Shown one piece after another: positions 18,632-28,216 of a stretch of 64,000 nucleotides of DNA. Numbering within the stretch: position 1 is the first letter of the stretch; each line of letters begins with the position of its first letter. The position numbers and the translations under genes are program-made. Below the pieces are notes generated by a model. It had not been told where the DNA came from, ran no database searches, and saw nothing but the letters and a program-made list of their open reading frames with translations. The DNA lies in the NCBI GenBank assembly GCA_045603405.1, contig JAZUMA010000025.1:7074-71073 (forward strand), written 5' to 3'. This DNA is from Alphaproteobacteria bacterium (GTDB lineage Bacteria > Pseudomonadota > Alphaproteobacteria > RF32 > CAG-239).

Positions 18632-21253
18632 TTAGCCTAATTTTTTTTGCCTCATAAACTTAACATAATCTTTAACAGCTTTCTTATTACAATTAACAAC
18701 ATCACCCGCTCTTCGTTCAATGCGGTTTTTAAATGCATCATTGTAACGATGTTCCAAAAGTTGTGACAATTTATATTCATCACGATACCGCAAAATATTA
18801 TATAAACGACGAGCTTTTTCAAAATCTATCGTAGAAGGAAAGTTATTCCCCAATCGTTCAAATTGATAATACCGACCTCTACCATCATTACCATCAGGGC
18901 GATATTTGTTTAAAATAGACACAATTTTCCAAAAGCTATCAATTCGCTCAATGATTTCAATCCGAATATGCATCTTCTTTCGCCAATTATGATAAATACG
19001 TTCGTTACTTCCTTGAATATCCATTAACATGTTTTTACTATCTGAATTGTTTGCAGAATAAGCACTCATTTCACTCACACCGGGAATATTTCCCATTTCA
19101 CTCGTACCAAAGATATCAGAAAAAGGCATCATCATAATTGCTGAATTAGCTTGTGCCATATAATAAGTAACCGCTGGTACATACTTTTCCGGCACATAAT
19201 TAGCATCTTCACGCGGATGTTCACATTTACAACCTCCGACCGCCTGCCAGCATCCATAATAATCTAACACCCAATTAAGCGCTTCACGTTGTGAGGCAAA
19301 TTGTTCAAAAATACCATCAGTAACCTTCTCATCATAAAAGCCGAGTTGTTTCATTAACCACACATGTTGCACATTCCATTGATTAACGAGCGTCGGCGTG
19401 TCATGCGTAGATGTTGCGCATACCGAATATTGCGGATAATTTTCCGGTCTCCGCATAGAATGAAAAACATCATTCTCACGTTCAAAAGGCAAAACTTTAT
19501 AAGAAAGAATGCCATAGTCCTCCATTCTCCGACGAAACTCATCTGTCGTTGCCCCAATGTCTTCACCAACAATCATCGTTTTATGCCGATGACTTTCTAA
19601 AGCTACCAACGCCATCAATTCTTCTGAGTTATAATAAATAAATGTTCCTTTTTCTCCATCTTTGGGCTTAAAATATAGTCTGTTTAATTGCAACACATGG
19701 TCAATCCGCATACAACCGGCATATTTCATATTAGCTTCTAAAATTCGCCGATATGGCTCATATCCCTGTTCTTGCAACTTTATCGGATTAAAACCTAATA
19801 AATTCCAAACCTGACCGATAGGAGAAAGTTCATCAGGGGCAGCCCCTGCTGATCCTTTAATAAAGAGATCAGGATAATACCACGCTTCAAACCCTTTTGT
19901 AGAGGTCCCAACTGCCATATCTGTGTATAAACCGATTTTCATCCCTGCATTCAAACATGTTTCTTTAACCTCTGCTATTTGCTTAGAACATTGATATTGA
20001 GCATATTTGTAAAATCCTACTTCATCTTTATGTTCTTCCATAAATTTTCTAACAGCTGGAGAATTAGGATTTTTAAATTCTTCCGGCCAATAAGTCCAAT
20101 TCAGTGGCCTTGGATTTTGATTTGCAAAATGACGCGCAAGCGCATGAAAAACAGCATACATATCTAAGATTCCATCCTGGCTGTCGCAAAAAACTTCAAA
20201 AAGATTATGATCTTCACTATCTGGCGTTAATTGAAATTTTTTATAGCAACGCATTAAAATATCATCCACTAATTCCTGCGTTGCTGTATAATCAACATAT
20301 GATTTCCTTCGATTTCTCTCAATTTTTTTCTGGATAGCCTCGCTGTTATAATATTCTTGAATTTCCGGATAATTTTTAAATTCTTCAATAGCCGTCACAT
20401 CCAAGTAAATGTAATTAAAAAACATCCGACAGTCAGGTGAATAAGGAGAAGCATTTTCCGGTAAATCATCTCTACTTGCATGTAACGGATTAACTCCCAT
20501 CACCCCTGCACCGTTTTTACCTAAAATATAACCTAATTGTGCTAAATCACTATAATTTCCGATACCCAGATTATTTTCACTAACTTGTTCATAAAGTTGT
20601 ACGGGTACTCCCCATGTCTTGTGCCCTTCTTTAATTCCCAAGCCGTCATAACACCTTTCCGGAGCAGAAATCAGATGTGTATGTTGCGTATGCTCTACCT
20701 CGTTACAATCTACATAAGAAAACTCAACATTATGATAACCTAAACGCACATCAAAAGGAAATTTAAATCGATATTTACGATATACCACACCATTTATGGT
20801 ATGTATATTATCACGATTATTTTCCCAACATGGTTCCAAATCTTTGATAGCAATTTGTCCGCTGTAAACCTTCGCACTATCATCAAATTCCACCATTCCG
20901 GCATAATATTTTTTCGGATTTTCATCTTCATAAAAATCCCATTTCAAACTTTTCACCCCATCCGGTAAAGAAACTTCTATAGTATCTACTCTGTTTTGTC
21001 TTAATACCGGTACATGATGTACAATATTTATAAAATTAGCATCAAGTCTTTCCTTAATAAGTGCTCGTACCAAATTAAGATTATTTTCTCTTTGTTGCGG
21101 ATCTTTTGCATAATAATCAAAATCATCATCCAAAATATCCATCGCTTTTAGCATATTAACTTTAACTTCAGATTCGGATTGATATTCAATTCCACACAAA
21201 TCTGCCAGTTTACCCAGCCCTGTATCTATATCCCTAATCTCTTGGATATTCAT
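18632..21253 (-). CDS. malQ: 4-alpha-glucanotransferase (amylomaltase, GH77) with long N- and C-terminal extensions
   Basis: 873 aa. GH77 signatures GVMGVNPLHA, SPYSPDCRMFFN, GLYTDMAVG, CMRIDHVLQL, VGEDIGATT, TSTHDTPT. Confidence 0.9.
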   Translation of the reverse strand: MNIQEIRDIDTGLGKLADLCGIEYQSESEVKVNMLKAMDILDDDFDYYAKDPQQRENNLNLVRALIKERLDANFINIVHHVPVLRQNRVDTIEVSLPDGVKSLKWDFYEDENPKKYYAGMVEFDDSAKVYSGQIAIKDLEPCWENNRDNIHTINGVVYRKYRFKFPFDVRLGYHNVEFSYVDCNEVEHTQHTHLISAPERCYDGLGIKEGHKTWGVPVQLYEQVSENNLGIGNYSDLAQLGYILGKNGAGVMGVNPLHASRDDLPENASPYSPDCRMFFNYIYLDVTAIEEFKNYPEIQEYYNSEAIQKKIERNRRKSYVDYTATQELVDDILMRCYKKFQLTPDSEDHNLFEVFCDSQDGILDMYAVFHALARHFANQNPRPLNWTYWPEEFKNPNSPAVRKFMEEHKDEVGFYKYAQYQCSKQIAEVKETCLNAGMKIGLYTDMAVGTSTKGFEAWYYPDLFIKGSAGAAPDELSPIGQVWNLLGFNPIKLQEQGYEPYRRILEANMKYAGCMRIDHVLQLNRLYFKPKDGEKGTFIYYNSEELMALVALESHRHKTMIVGEDIGATTDEFRRRMEDYGILSYKVLPFERENDVFHSMRRPENYPQYSVCATSTHDTPTLVNQWNVQHVWLMKQLGFYDEKVTDGIFEQFASQREALNWVLDYYGCWQAVGGCKCEHPREDANYVPEKYVPAVTYYMAQANSAIMMMPFSDIFGTSEMGNIPGVSEMSAYSANNSDSKNMLMDIQGSNERIYHNWRKKMHIRIEIIERIDSFWKIVSILNKYRPDGNDGRGRYYQFERLGNNFPSTIDFEKARRLYNILRYRDEYKLSQLLEHRYNDAFKNRIERRAGDVVNCNKKAVKDYVKFMRQKKLG

Positions 21254-21436
21254 TTAAACCTCTATCATAAAAATTATCGTCTCATTATGCTTAGAATATA
21301 CGAACAAAGAAGCCTATTTATCAAAACTATTTAAGAGTTATAAACAGAATTTCAAAATAGATTTTCTTTTCAATGATATATATTTTTTTAACCCTAAAAC
21401 AACCTCTGCAAAAGTTGTGTTTTTTCATTTTTGCAC

Positions 21437-21463
21437 AAAAAAAAGACCTCCGTTTAGGAGGTC
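21437..21463 (-). terminator. rho-independent terminator after tRNA-Arg
   Basis: Minus strand: GACCTCC-TAAAC-GGAGGTC followed by TTTTTTTT. Confidence 0.6.
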
Positions 21464-21469
21464 GTAAAC

Positions 21470-21546
21470 TGGTGCACTCGGCGGGGTTCGAACTCACAAC
21501 CTTCTGATCCGTAGTCAGATGCTCTATCCAGTTGAGCTACGAGTGC
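21470..21546 (-). tRNA. tRNA-Arg (anticodon ACG), CCA encoded
   Basis: Reverse complement is GCACTCGTAGCTCAACTGGATAGAGCATCTGACTACGGATCAGAAGGTTGTGAGTTCGAACCCCGCCGAGTGCACCA. Perfect acceptor, D and anticodon stems, loop CTACGGA. The T-stem carries one A-C mismatch. Confidence 0.9.
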
Positions 21547-21675
21547 ATAACTGAATGTAGTTAATAATGCAGGATTTTTGTTTTGTAAAGCATTTTTTTT
21601 ATTTTTTTATCTTTTTTAATATAAGCTCTTTATTTAACGCAATTATTTCTGCATAAAAAATATCTACATTCAAGT

Positions 21676-22227
21676 CTAAAAATCAATTTTCAACCAAGCA
21701 AATAACACATTACCGTCATTTTTAATCCCTGGAATATATGCTGCTTGCAAAGCAACATTTTTATAGCTGATAGATCCAATCGGCAACGGTAAAGGTACCG
21801 GAATATATTTATATTCATGACGCTGTGTCAATCCCAAAGTATATCCGTACCCCAAATTCCATGTATCTGCACAATTAAGTGATATATTACGCACAAAAGC
21901 ATAACCGAAAAATGTTTCTAAATAATCATTAGAATCTTTAAAAGCCATTGCATATAAGCCGTGCCAATCGTTTCCTTTATAAATATATTTTCCTAAACCG
22001 AAACCCCACGGATTTTCATTATATTTATCAATATGCTCCTGGTCATATGCCAAACGATTATGCCAGGCATAAACCGGCACATAAGCGCTCAAACTTTTAC
22101 TTTCCCATGTATCTGCGACATCTTGTTTAAGCCCTTGCCAATACTCTTTTATACCAGCTTCTGCTTGTGTTGCGGCAAAAAACACAAGTCCCGTAATCAA
22201 CATAAAACAACGAAAAAATCTCAACAT
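21676..22227 (-). CDS. pagP: lipid A palmitoyltransferase PagP (outer-membrane beta-barrel)
   Basis: 183 aa. Signal peptide, then YVPVYAWHNRLAYDQEHIDKYNENPWGFGLGK...WHGLYAMAFKDSN...YIPVPLPLPIGSISY...YIPG..NDGNVLFAWLKIDF. This runs colinear with my recollection of E. coli PagP ([31 protein letters not shown]...WHGLYAMAFKDSW...NGNVYFAWMRFQF). Confidence 0.85.
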   Translation of the reverse strand: MLRFFRCFMLITGLVFFAATQAEAGIKEYWQGLKQDVADTWESKSLSAYVPVYAWHNRLAYDQEHIDKYNENPWGFGLGKYIYKGNDWHGLYAMAFKDSNDYLETFFGYAFVRNISLNCADTWNLGYGYTLGLTQRHEYKYIPVPLPLPIGSISYKNVALQAAYIPGIKNDGNVLFAWLKIDF

Positions 22228-22344
22228 TTATTTAGTCCTATATATTACAAAACATCTTCATCCTATCAATATTTTTTAAAAATTAAACTTTTATTTACAC
22301 TTTTTCCCTAACTTTTAAATGATTATCAAAGAAGAGGAATTAAA

Positions 22345-22455
22345 ATGAAATATCTATTTTTAGTGTTAGCATTCTTATGCCTTGCATCATGCCAAGCCTC
22401 CGGTACCAATCATGCGGCTACCGTCACCACAAATATTCTATCTTTAGAATTTTAA
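22345..22455 (+). CDS. possible small lipoprotein (36 aa)
   Basis: Not in the track (shorter than 60 aa). AGAGGA RBS 6 nt upstream. MKYLFLVLAFLCLASCQASGTNHAATVTTNILSLEF has a lipobox L-A-S-C. Confidence 0.4.
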   Translation: MKYLFLVLAFLCLASCQASGTNHAATVTTNILSLEF

Positions 22456-22552
22456 TCAACCGACGATTCTGCTGGCAGACATCCTAAAAAATTTTAAACA
22501 GACTTGATAAATTAACTGTAACTTCCTAAATAATACAAAGAAAGGAAATAAA

Positions 22553-22819
22553 ATGGCATACGAATACAATCACAATTCAAATGATTATAACCGTGAATTT
22601 GAAATAACAATCCGGCAATTAGAAAAAGAAAACACCATCGGTTGTCTGATTTCCGGCATAATAATGCTTTGTCTGCTATTCATCTTTTTTGCATTATTAC
22701 CGTTTTTCTTAACTGTAATTGGATTTCTTATAATTGTTCTCGTTTGCATCACAATATATAAAGCCTATCTAGAGCATTATATCCTGAATTTTATTCAAAA
22801 GCACCATCTTCGCCGCTAA
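22553..22819 (+). CDS. small membrane protein, hypothetical
   Basis: 88 aa. AAAGGAAA RBS. Two predicted TM helices (IGCLISGIIMLCLLFIFFALLPFFLTVIGFLIIVLVCITIY). Confidence 0.5.
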   Translation: MAYEYNHNSNDYNREFEITIRQLEKENTIGCLISGIIMLCLLFIFFALLPFFLTVIGFLIIVLVCITIYKAYLEHYILNFIQKHHLRR

Positions 22820-22821
22820 AA

Positions 22822-23535
22822 TTAAGCTAATCCTATTTGTCCGATAAATGTTCCCAAATGGACCCCGCTCATTTCATAAGCTTTTTGCCAACGGTTTTCT
22901 AATGCTGTATCAAAAATCATTGCTTCGTCACTTGGAACAATTAACCATTGATTATTAAAGATTTCCCACTCCAATTCACCACGATGCCATACACAATGCC
23001 CCATAGCTATAATTTTTTTAGACGGCCCTTCCCCATCTAAAATTTCCTGCAAAACACCAAATGAGGTTGAAACAGCAATATTACCATGAATTTCGGCAAA
23101 AGGATCTTTTTCTGACATCTCATTTTTAGGAAACAAAACATATCCGTGAGCCGGATTCTCGGGACCTCCTTGATATAAATCCTCATACACTTGCCGAAAC
23201 GCCCTATCACTATCTCTTGTTTTACACTCAAGAGTTGCCGTTCCAAAGAGCAATTTATTAATCATAATTCCCCGAACAATTTCAGCCGTGCACTCAGTAA
23301 CATAAATAACAGCCTTATCGTACAATTCATTCCCTTCATTGCCAATATAAACCAAGCACTTCCCCACCAAAGAATTTTGCCTATTCAAATTCTTTCCGGT
23401 CTTTGTTTGTTTGCTTCCTTCCAACGACGTTTGTGAAAAGTGAGATATATTTTCACCGCTCATCATATCTTCCTCAAAGTTATCTGCTGTTTTATTTTTT
23501 TTCATTTTAAGCTGTGTCTTTCCCCAAAAATTCAT
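22822..23535 (-). CDS. YqgE/AlgH family protein (UPF0301) with N-terminal extension
   Basis: The C-terminal ~185 aa fit the family: GKCLVYIGNEGNELYDKAVIYVTECTAEIVRGIMINKL...GGP...GYVLF...MGHCVWHRGELEWEIFNNQWLIVP. The true start may be an internal Met. Confidence 0.75.
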   Translation of the reverse strand: MNFWGKTQLKMKKNKTADNFEEDMMSGENISHFSQTSLEGSKQTKTGKNLNRQNSLVGKCLVYIGNEGNELYDKAVIYVTECTAEIVRGIMINKLLFGTATLECKTRDSDRAFRQVYEDLYQGGPENPAHGYVLFPKNEMSEKDPFAEIHGNIAVSTSFGVLQEILDGEGPSKKIIAMGHCVWHRGELEWEIFNNQWLIVPSDEAMIFDTALENRWQKAYEMSGVHLGTFIGQIGLA

Positions 23536-23602
23536 TGCCTTTTATCATTTTGTATATATATACTAATATATAAAGATTTTCAAATTGCAACATTAAAATA
23601 GC

Positions 23603-26254
23603 ATGAAAAAGATTATTTATTCTTTGATAATATATATAGGGCTGTGCATTACTGTTTTCAACCCTGCATTGTCACATGCACAAATCAACATTCCCCTACC
23701 ATTTACGGAAGAACTATCCATTAAAAATACATCTTATAAAAAACAAGAGAATGCAAAAGTAACTAATCAATTTTTAAAACTTCTTACCGCTTTTTACCTT
23801 GTTGATAAATTGTATCCGAATGAAAAAATAAACCAAGATATCAGCGGTTTATTACATCAATTATGGCCCACAACAAAAATTGAAAAATTAAATAAATTTG
23901 CAAATTTTCTCAAAAAAACAATTATGCTAAAACGGCGCTATGCTTATGTTATAGACCATCTCAAACAAAAAATAAAAGCTTCTGATCTTTTACTTTCAGA
24001 GCCGCCTATTATTGCCAAAGACAATGAATATGCTGCAAAATTTTCTGATAAACGAAAAGCTGCAGACAGTACAGATTACAAGATAAGTTATATCCCCTAC
24101 AAATATATCGGCTATGATAGAGGAGAAGATGGAGAAGCCGTCCGTTTAAGAGATAAAAATTATGAGACAGTATCACCTTCTGTTATTGATGAATTAACAT
24201 TAGCTATACTCCAATTAAACATAGGAGCATTTTACCGTGCATTAAAAAAATTACCACAACAGAATGACGGCTCACGCGAAAAACTTGTCGAATTAGGAGA
24301 AAATATTCGCTCGCGTTTAGTAATGGATACTATGGCACTTGGCAAAAAAGAAACAGTAAAAGGTTTCATTGAAGTGTATGTACCTGAAGGTTTATACATC
24401 AACGGAGATTATTTAAATCCAAAGACTAAACCTCAATTTATAATAGATGAAAACTCAACCGAAGACTCAAACATAAAAGATTATCAGATTTTCTATCCTA
24501 AAGCTTTAGGTGTTGAAAATGGTAACGAAACCTCTCGTATACTGGTCGAAAGCGTCCGTTTTCCTTTGCAAATAAGTCGCCGTAATTTAAATAAAGACAT
24601 AAATATAAAAAGCATTTTTACCTTTCATGTTTGTCGGGCAAAAACAAAAGAATGTCGCCCTATAATCAGTCATAATAATTTAACTTTAAATGCATCTCAA
24701 GAAGAAATGTCTTCAATGCATATAAATGCAGTGAATATTGCCTTTGCACGCCAACCTCAGGAACAAACGAAACATGCCTTCGTAAAAGATGCTGTTTATA
24801 ATCCTGATACACAAACCTTAACCATAAAATTTCAAACAAGCAAAAATTTCAGTAACATTGCTGCTATGGCTGAAGATGCCGCAGAAACAAATTTTCTTAA
24901 TCCTCAATATCAAATAGAAAAAAATGAGGTTACAGCCTCTTTTCACACCCAATTATCATCTAATTTAAATTCACCTGATATTGCAAAAAATATTATAAAT
25001 GGTGGAGAAATTGCTGTTACGGCAGCTTTTGACGGAGACGAAATATTAAGAAAAATCATTACCCCAAAAATCAACAATCAGACTTTTTCATCTCATTCAT
25101 CCCCTCCTTATAGCCAAGCATTATTATTTGCTTTATTACTGCCACTTATGCCTGGTCTTTTTTTCATATTAGAAAATTTACTCATTTTATTTATCACTCA
25201 TCAGCAACGTCTTTCAATTCTGCTCCGTTTTCTTTTTGGTTCTTTGCTCGGTATAATATCTCTTGCTATTTACAACCGTCTGTATAATTGGTCGCAGATT
25301 TATGACAATTCATGGATCATCACCGGTGCTTCTTTGCTGGCAATATCATATCTCATGCAAAACTTTGATTTTATGGATTTCGAATTGTTCAGACCATTAC
25401 GAGGAAAAATAAAACGTGGATTCTTATCGGGCTTGTTTTTCATATTACTGACAGCAGCCGCCCCCATACCATTAAAACAATCTGTTTTTAACGCAATGCA
25501 TGATTTATCTTCACAGAATTATATTAAAACATGGATTTTAATCTGGCTGATGCTTTTATGTATTCCTGTTTTATGCTATATTTTCCGTAACTTCTTACAC
25601 TCATTACCGCTTAAAATGCATTATTTTAATCGTGGTTATACCGGCATTTACCTTCTGCTTATTATAATAACTACTTTTTTCATTCGCGGTTATACAGGTA
25701 TTCTCGTTCTCATAATCAGTATGCTTTTAATGACCTTTTTGTGGTACATTTACCCGCAAGCCATAACCGCTACGATTAAGCATAAAAGATCTCAAGAGAA
25801 CAAAGGAATAGCATTTGATAAGGTTCAGTTACACGCAACAATTATTGTTCTCATTATTTTTGGATGCGCCACCATTATTTTTAATGCTATAAACATAAAA
25901 GACCAACATATTCCCTCTTTCCAAATAATTTTTAACGAAGCTGAAAACAATATCAAAGAAGAGAAAGCTCTCCTTTTTGTCTTAAATTCCCCTTGGTCAA
26001 TAACATCATGGTTTAATCAAATTGAAATAAACAATTTAAAGTATCCGAAAATGAATATCATCAGCTACACACCGGCAACAATCAATCAAGTTGCTCGCTC
26101 TTGGTATCAAAAATACCAAAAACACTCTCCTCCGTTACATATCTTATTTACTTCCCGCCATCCTAACGGTTTGTTGCTTCCTGAAAATCTTCAAAAGATA
26201 GATTGGCAAGAAGCCTTATCTTCCTATAAAACTCCAACAGAAAGAAAGGAATAA
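23603..26254 (+). CDS. ScsB/DsbD-like polytopic membrane protein lacking the canonical relay cysteines
   Basis: 883 aa. Signal peptide, then a periplasmic domain ending FTFHVCRAKTKECRPI (C-x6-C-x-P as in DsbD-N/ScsB alpha domains). About 8 TM helices follow, with LPLMPGLFFIL where DsbD/CcdA cores have ..LMPC..P.. The C-terminal thioredoxin-like tail reads LFVLNSPWSITSWFNQ where W-C-x-x-C is expected. Confidence 0.5.
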   Translation: MKKIIYSLIIYIGLCITVFNPALSHAQINIPLPFTEELSIKNTSYKKQENAKVTNQFLKLLTAFYLVDKLYPNEKINQDISGLLHQLWPTTKIEKLNKFANFLKKTIMLKRRYAYVIDHLKQKIKASDLLLSEPPIIAKDNEYAAKFSDKRKAADSTDYKISYIPYKYIGYDRGEDGEAVRLRDKNYETVSPSVIDELTLAILQLNIGAFYRALKKLPQQNDGSREKLVELGENIRSRLVMDTMALGKKETVKGFIEVYVPEGLYINGDYLNPKTKPQFIIDENSTEDSNIKDYQIFYPKALGVENGNETSRILVESVRFPLQISRRNLNKDINIKSIFTFHVCRAKTKECRPIISHNNLTLNASQEEMSSMHINAVNIAFARQPQEQTKHAFVKDAVYNPDTQTLTIKFQTSKNFSNIAAMAEDAAETNFLNPQYQIEKNEVTASFHTQLSSNLNSPDIAKNIINGGEIAVTAAFDGDEILRKIITPKINNQTFSSHSSPPYSQALLFALLLPLMPGLFFILENLLILFITHQQRLSILLRFLFGSLLGIISLAIYNRLYNWSQIYDNSWIITGASLLAISYLMQNFDFMDFELFRPLRGKIKRGFLSGLFFILLTAAAPIPLKQSVFNAMHDLSSQNYIKTWILIWLMLLCIPVLCYIFRNFLHSLPLKMHYFNRGYTGIYLLLIIITTFFIRGYTGILVLIISMLLMTFLWYIYPQAITATIKHKRSQENKGIAFDKVQLHATIIVLIIFGCATIIFNAINIKDQHIPSFQIIFNEAENNIKEEKALLFVLNSPWSITSWFNQIEINNLKYPKMNIISYTPATINQVARSWYQKYQKHSPPLHILFTSRHPNGLLLPENLQKIDWQEALSSYKTPTERKE

Positions 26255-26257
26255 AAA

Positions 26258-27472
26258 ATGTCACCGCTTCTCCAACCCTCTGCTTCTCGTCCTCTGATTG
26301 CCATTATTGGTAAATGTAACAGTGGTAAATCAAGCCTATTTAATGCACTAACCGGACAAAATTTATCTATAGTATCAGAACAATCCGGAACAACCACCGA
26401 TGCTGTTTCCAAAATATATGAACTTATCCCTTTTGGTCCTGTCACATTTTATGATACAGCAGGCCTTGATGATACAAGTGAATTAGGAAAACAAAGAATT
26501 CAGGCTACACAAAAAGTTATGGCGCGTGCAGACTTAATATTATACGTTATCGGTGATGAAAATATCACGTTGGAAACAGAACAGAGATTACAACAATTTT
26601 CAGCTGATAATACTAATTTTATACCGGTATTCAATTTTGTTGATAAATATAAACCTGATGCACACACAAAAAAAATAATTACTCATTATCACGGCATTCA
26701 AACATCTGCAACAAAAGGATTAGGTCTGGATGAATTAAAAAAAAGCATAATAGAGCACTTAAAGACATTAAAAAAAGCACCAAATTTACTACAAAATTTA
26801 ATCAAACCCAAAGATATTGTTATCTTGGTTACACCTATTGATTTAGCAGCTCCTGCAGGTCGTTTAATTTTGCCGCAGGTACAAACTATTCGAGAAATTT
26901 TGGATAATGACGCAATAACTTTAACTGTTAAAGTTACAGAACTCAATCAAGCTCTCGCTCTGCTCAAAACACCACCGAGTTTAGTTATTACAGATTCTCA
27001 AGCCGTAAAAGCTGTAGCAGATATTGTACCAAACGAGATTCCTTTAGTAACATTCTCAATGCTTTTTGCCCGTGCCAAAGGAAATTTTGAATTAATGCTT
27101 AAGAGTGCCGAAGCTATCAAAAATTTACAAGAAAATGATAAAATACTGATAGCCGAAGGTTGTTCGCACCACATCACTTGTGATGATATTGGTCGAGTCA
27201 AAATTCCGGCTTTATTACACAAGTTCACCGGTAAAAATCTAAAAATTGATTTCGTATCCGGCTTTGATTTTCCTGATATTTTAGATAAATATAAGCTCAT
27301 AATCCATTGTGGTGGTTGTATGCTTAATCAAAAAGAAATTTCTCACCGTATAGAAAAAGCTAAACAACAAAATATTCCGATAACCAACTATGGCATGGTA
27401 ATATCATTAACTCAGGGTGTCTTAGAAAGAACTTCAGCCCCTTTATCTAATCTCTTACAAGGAGAAAAATAA
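26258..27472 (+). CDS. hydF: [FeFe]-hydrogenase H-cluster maturation GTPase HydF
   Basis: 404 aa. G1 GKCNSGKSS, G2/G3 TTTD..DTAGLDD. HydF-specific C-terminus: PIDLAAPAGRLILPQVQTIRE, LVITDSQ, EGCSHH...DIGRVKIP...IIHCGGCMLN (CxH...HCxxC cluster ligands). Colinear with Thermotoga HydF as I recall it. Confidence 0.92.
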   Translation: MSPLLQPSASRPLIAIIGKCNSGKSSLFNALTGQNLSIVSEQSGTTTDAVSKIYELIPFGPVTFYDTAGLDDTSELGKQRIQATQKVMARADLILYVIGDENITLETEQRLQQFSADNTNFIPVFNFVDKYKPDAHTKKIITHYHGIQTSATKGLGLDELKKSIIEHLKTLKKAPNLLQNLIKPKDIVILVTPIDLAAPAGRLILPQVQTIREILDNDAITLTVKVTELNQALALLKTPPSLVITDSQAVKAVADIVPNEIPLVTFSMLFARAKGNFELMLKSAEAIKNLQENDKILIAEGCSHHITCDDIGRVKIPALLHKFTGKNLKIDFVSGFDFPDILDKYKLIIHCGGCMLNQKEISHRIEKAKQQNIPITNYGMVISLTQGVLERTSAPLSNLLQGEK

Positions 27473-28209
27473 TGACGAAAATAACATGGAAACCGGGAAC
27501 AATGTTATCCCCATTACCCCCCGCTTTAATTACTTCCGGAAGTATGAATAAACCAAACGTCATGACTGCCGCCTGGACTGGAATAATCTGTTCAGACCCT
27601 GTTATTACCTATGTCTCCATCAGACCATCACGTTACACTCACTCTCTTATCAACCAAAGCAAAGAATTTGTTATAAACCTGCCAACTTGGAAAATAGCTG
27701 AAGCGGTAGACACCGTTGGTGTTAAATCAGGAAAAGATATTGATAAATTTTCTCTAACCGGCTTAACACCTGAACCATCAAGCAAAATCAAAACGCCTCA
27801 AATAGCAGAATGCCCTGTTTCTATGGAATGTCGCGTTTTAGAAATACACCCGTTTGGTACACATGATATGTTTTTAGCCGAAGTTATAGCCGTTAATGTA
27901 GATGATAAATATATCAATGAAAACGGCGCACTTGATTTAGAAAAAGCAGGCTTATTGGCTTATGCCCACGGTTTTTATTATACTTTAGGCCGGCAAATAG
28001 GAAAATTCGGCTTTTCTGTAGAAAAGAAAAAGACGCGTAAAGCAACGCAAGATATTATAGCCAAATCAGATAAAAAATTCAGCAAAAAAGAAACACCGCC
28101 AAAAAGCAAACTAACCACAAAATTTAGTCATAAAGAAAATAAAAAAACCAGCTACGAACCTTATTCATTCAAAAAAAAGGCTGATGGCAGTTTCAAAAAA
28201 AAGAAATAA
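27472..28209 (+). CDS. flavin-reductase-like (FMN-binding split-barrel) protein with Lys-rich C-terminal tail
   Basis: 245 aa. The ATG shares its A with the hydF TAA (TAATG). Core motifs NVMTAAWTGIICSDPVITYVSIRPSRYTHSLI...EFVINLP...ECPVSMECRV. The last ~62 residues are low-complexity and basic. Confidence 0.8.
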   Translation: MTKITWKPGTMLSPLPPALITSGSMNKPNVMTAAWTGIICSDPVITYVSIRPSRYTHSLINQSKEFVINLPTWKIAEAVDTVGVKSGKDIDKFSLTGLTPEPSSKIKTPQIAECPVSMECRVLEIHPFGTHDMFLAEVIAVNVDDKYINENGALDLEKAGLLAYAHGFYYTLGRQIGKFGFSVEKKKTRKATQDIIAKSDKKFSKKETPPKSKLTTKFSHKENKKTSYEPYSFKKKADGSFKKKK

Positions 28210-28216
28210 AAATCTA

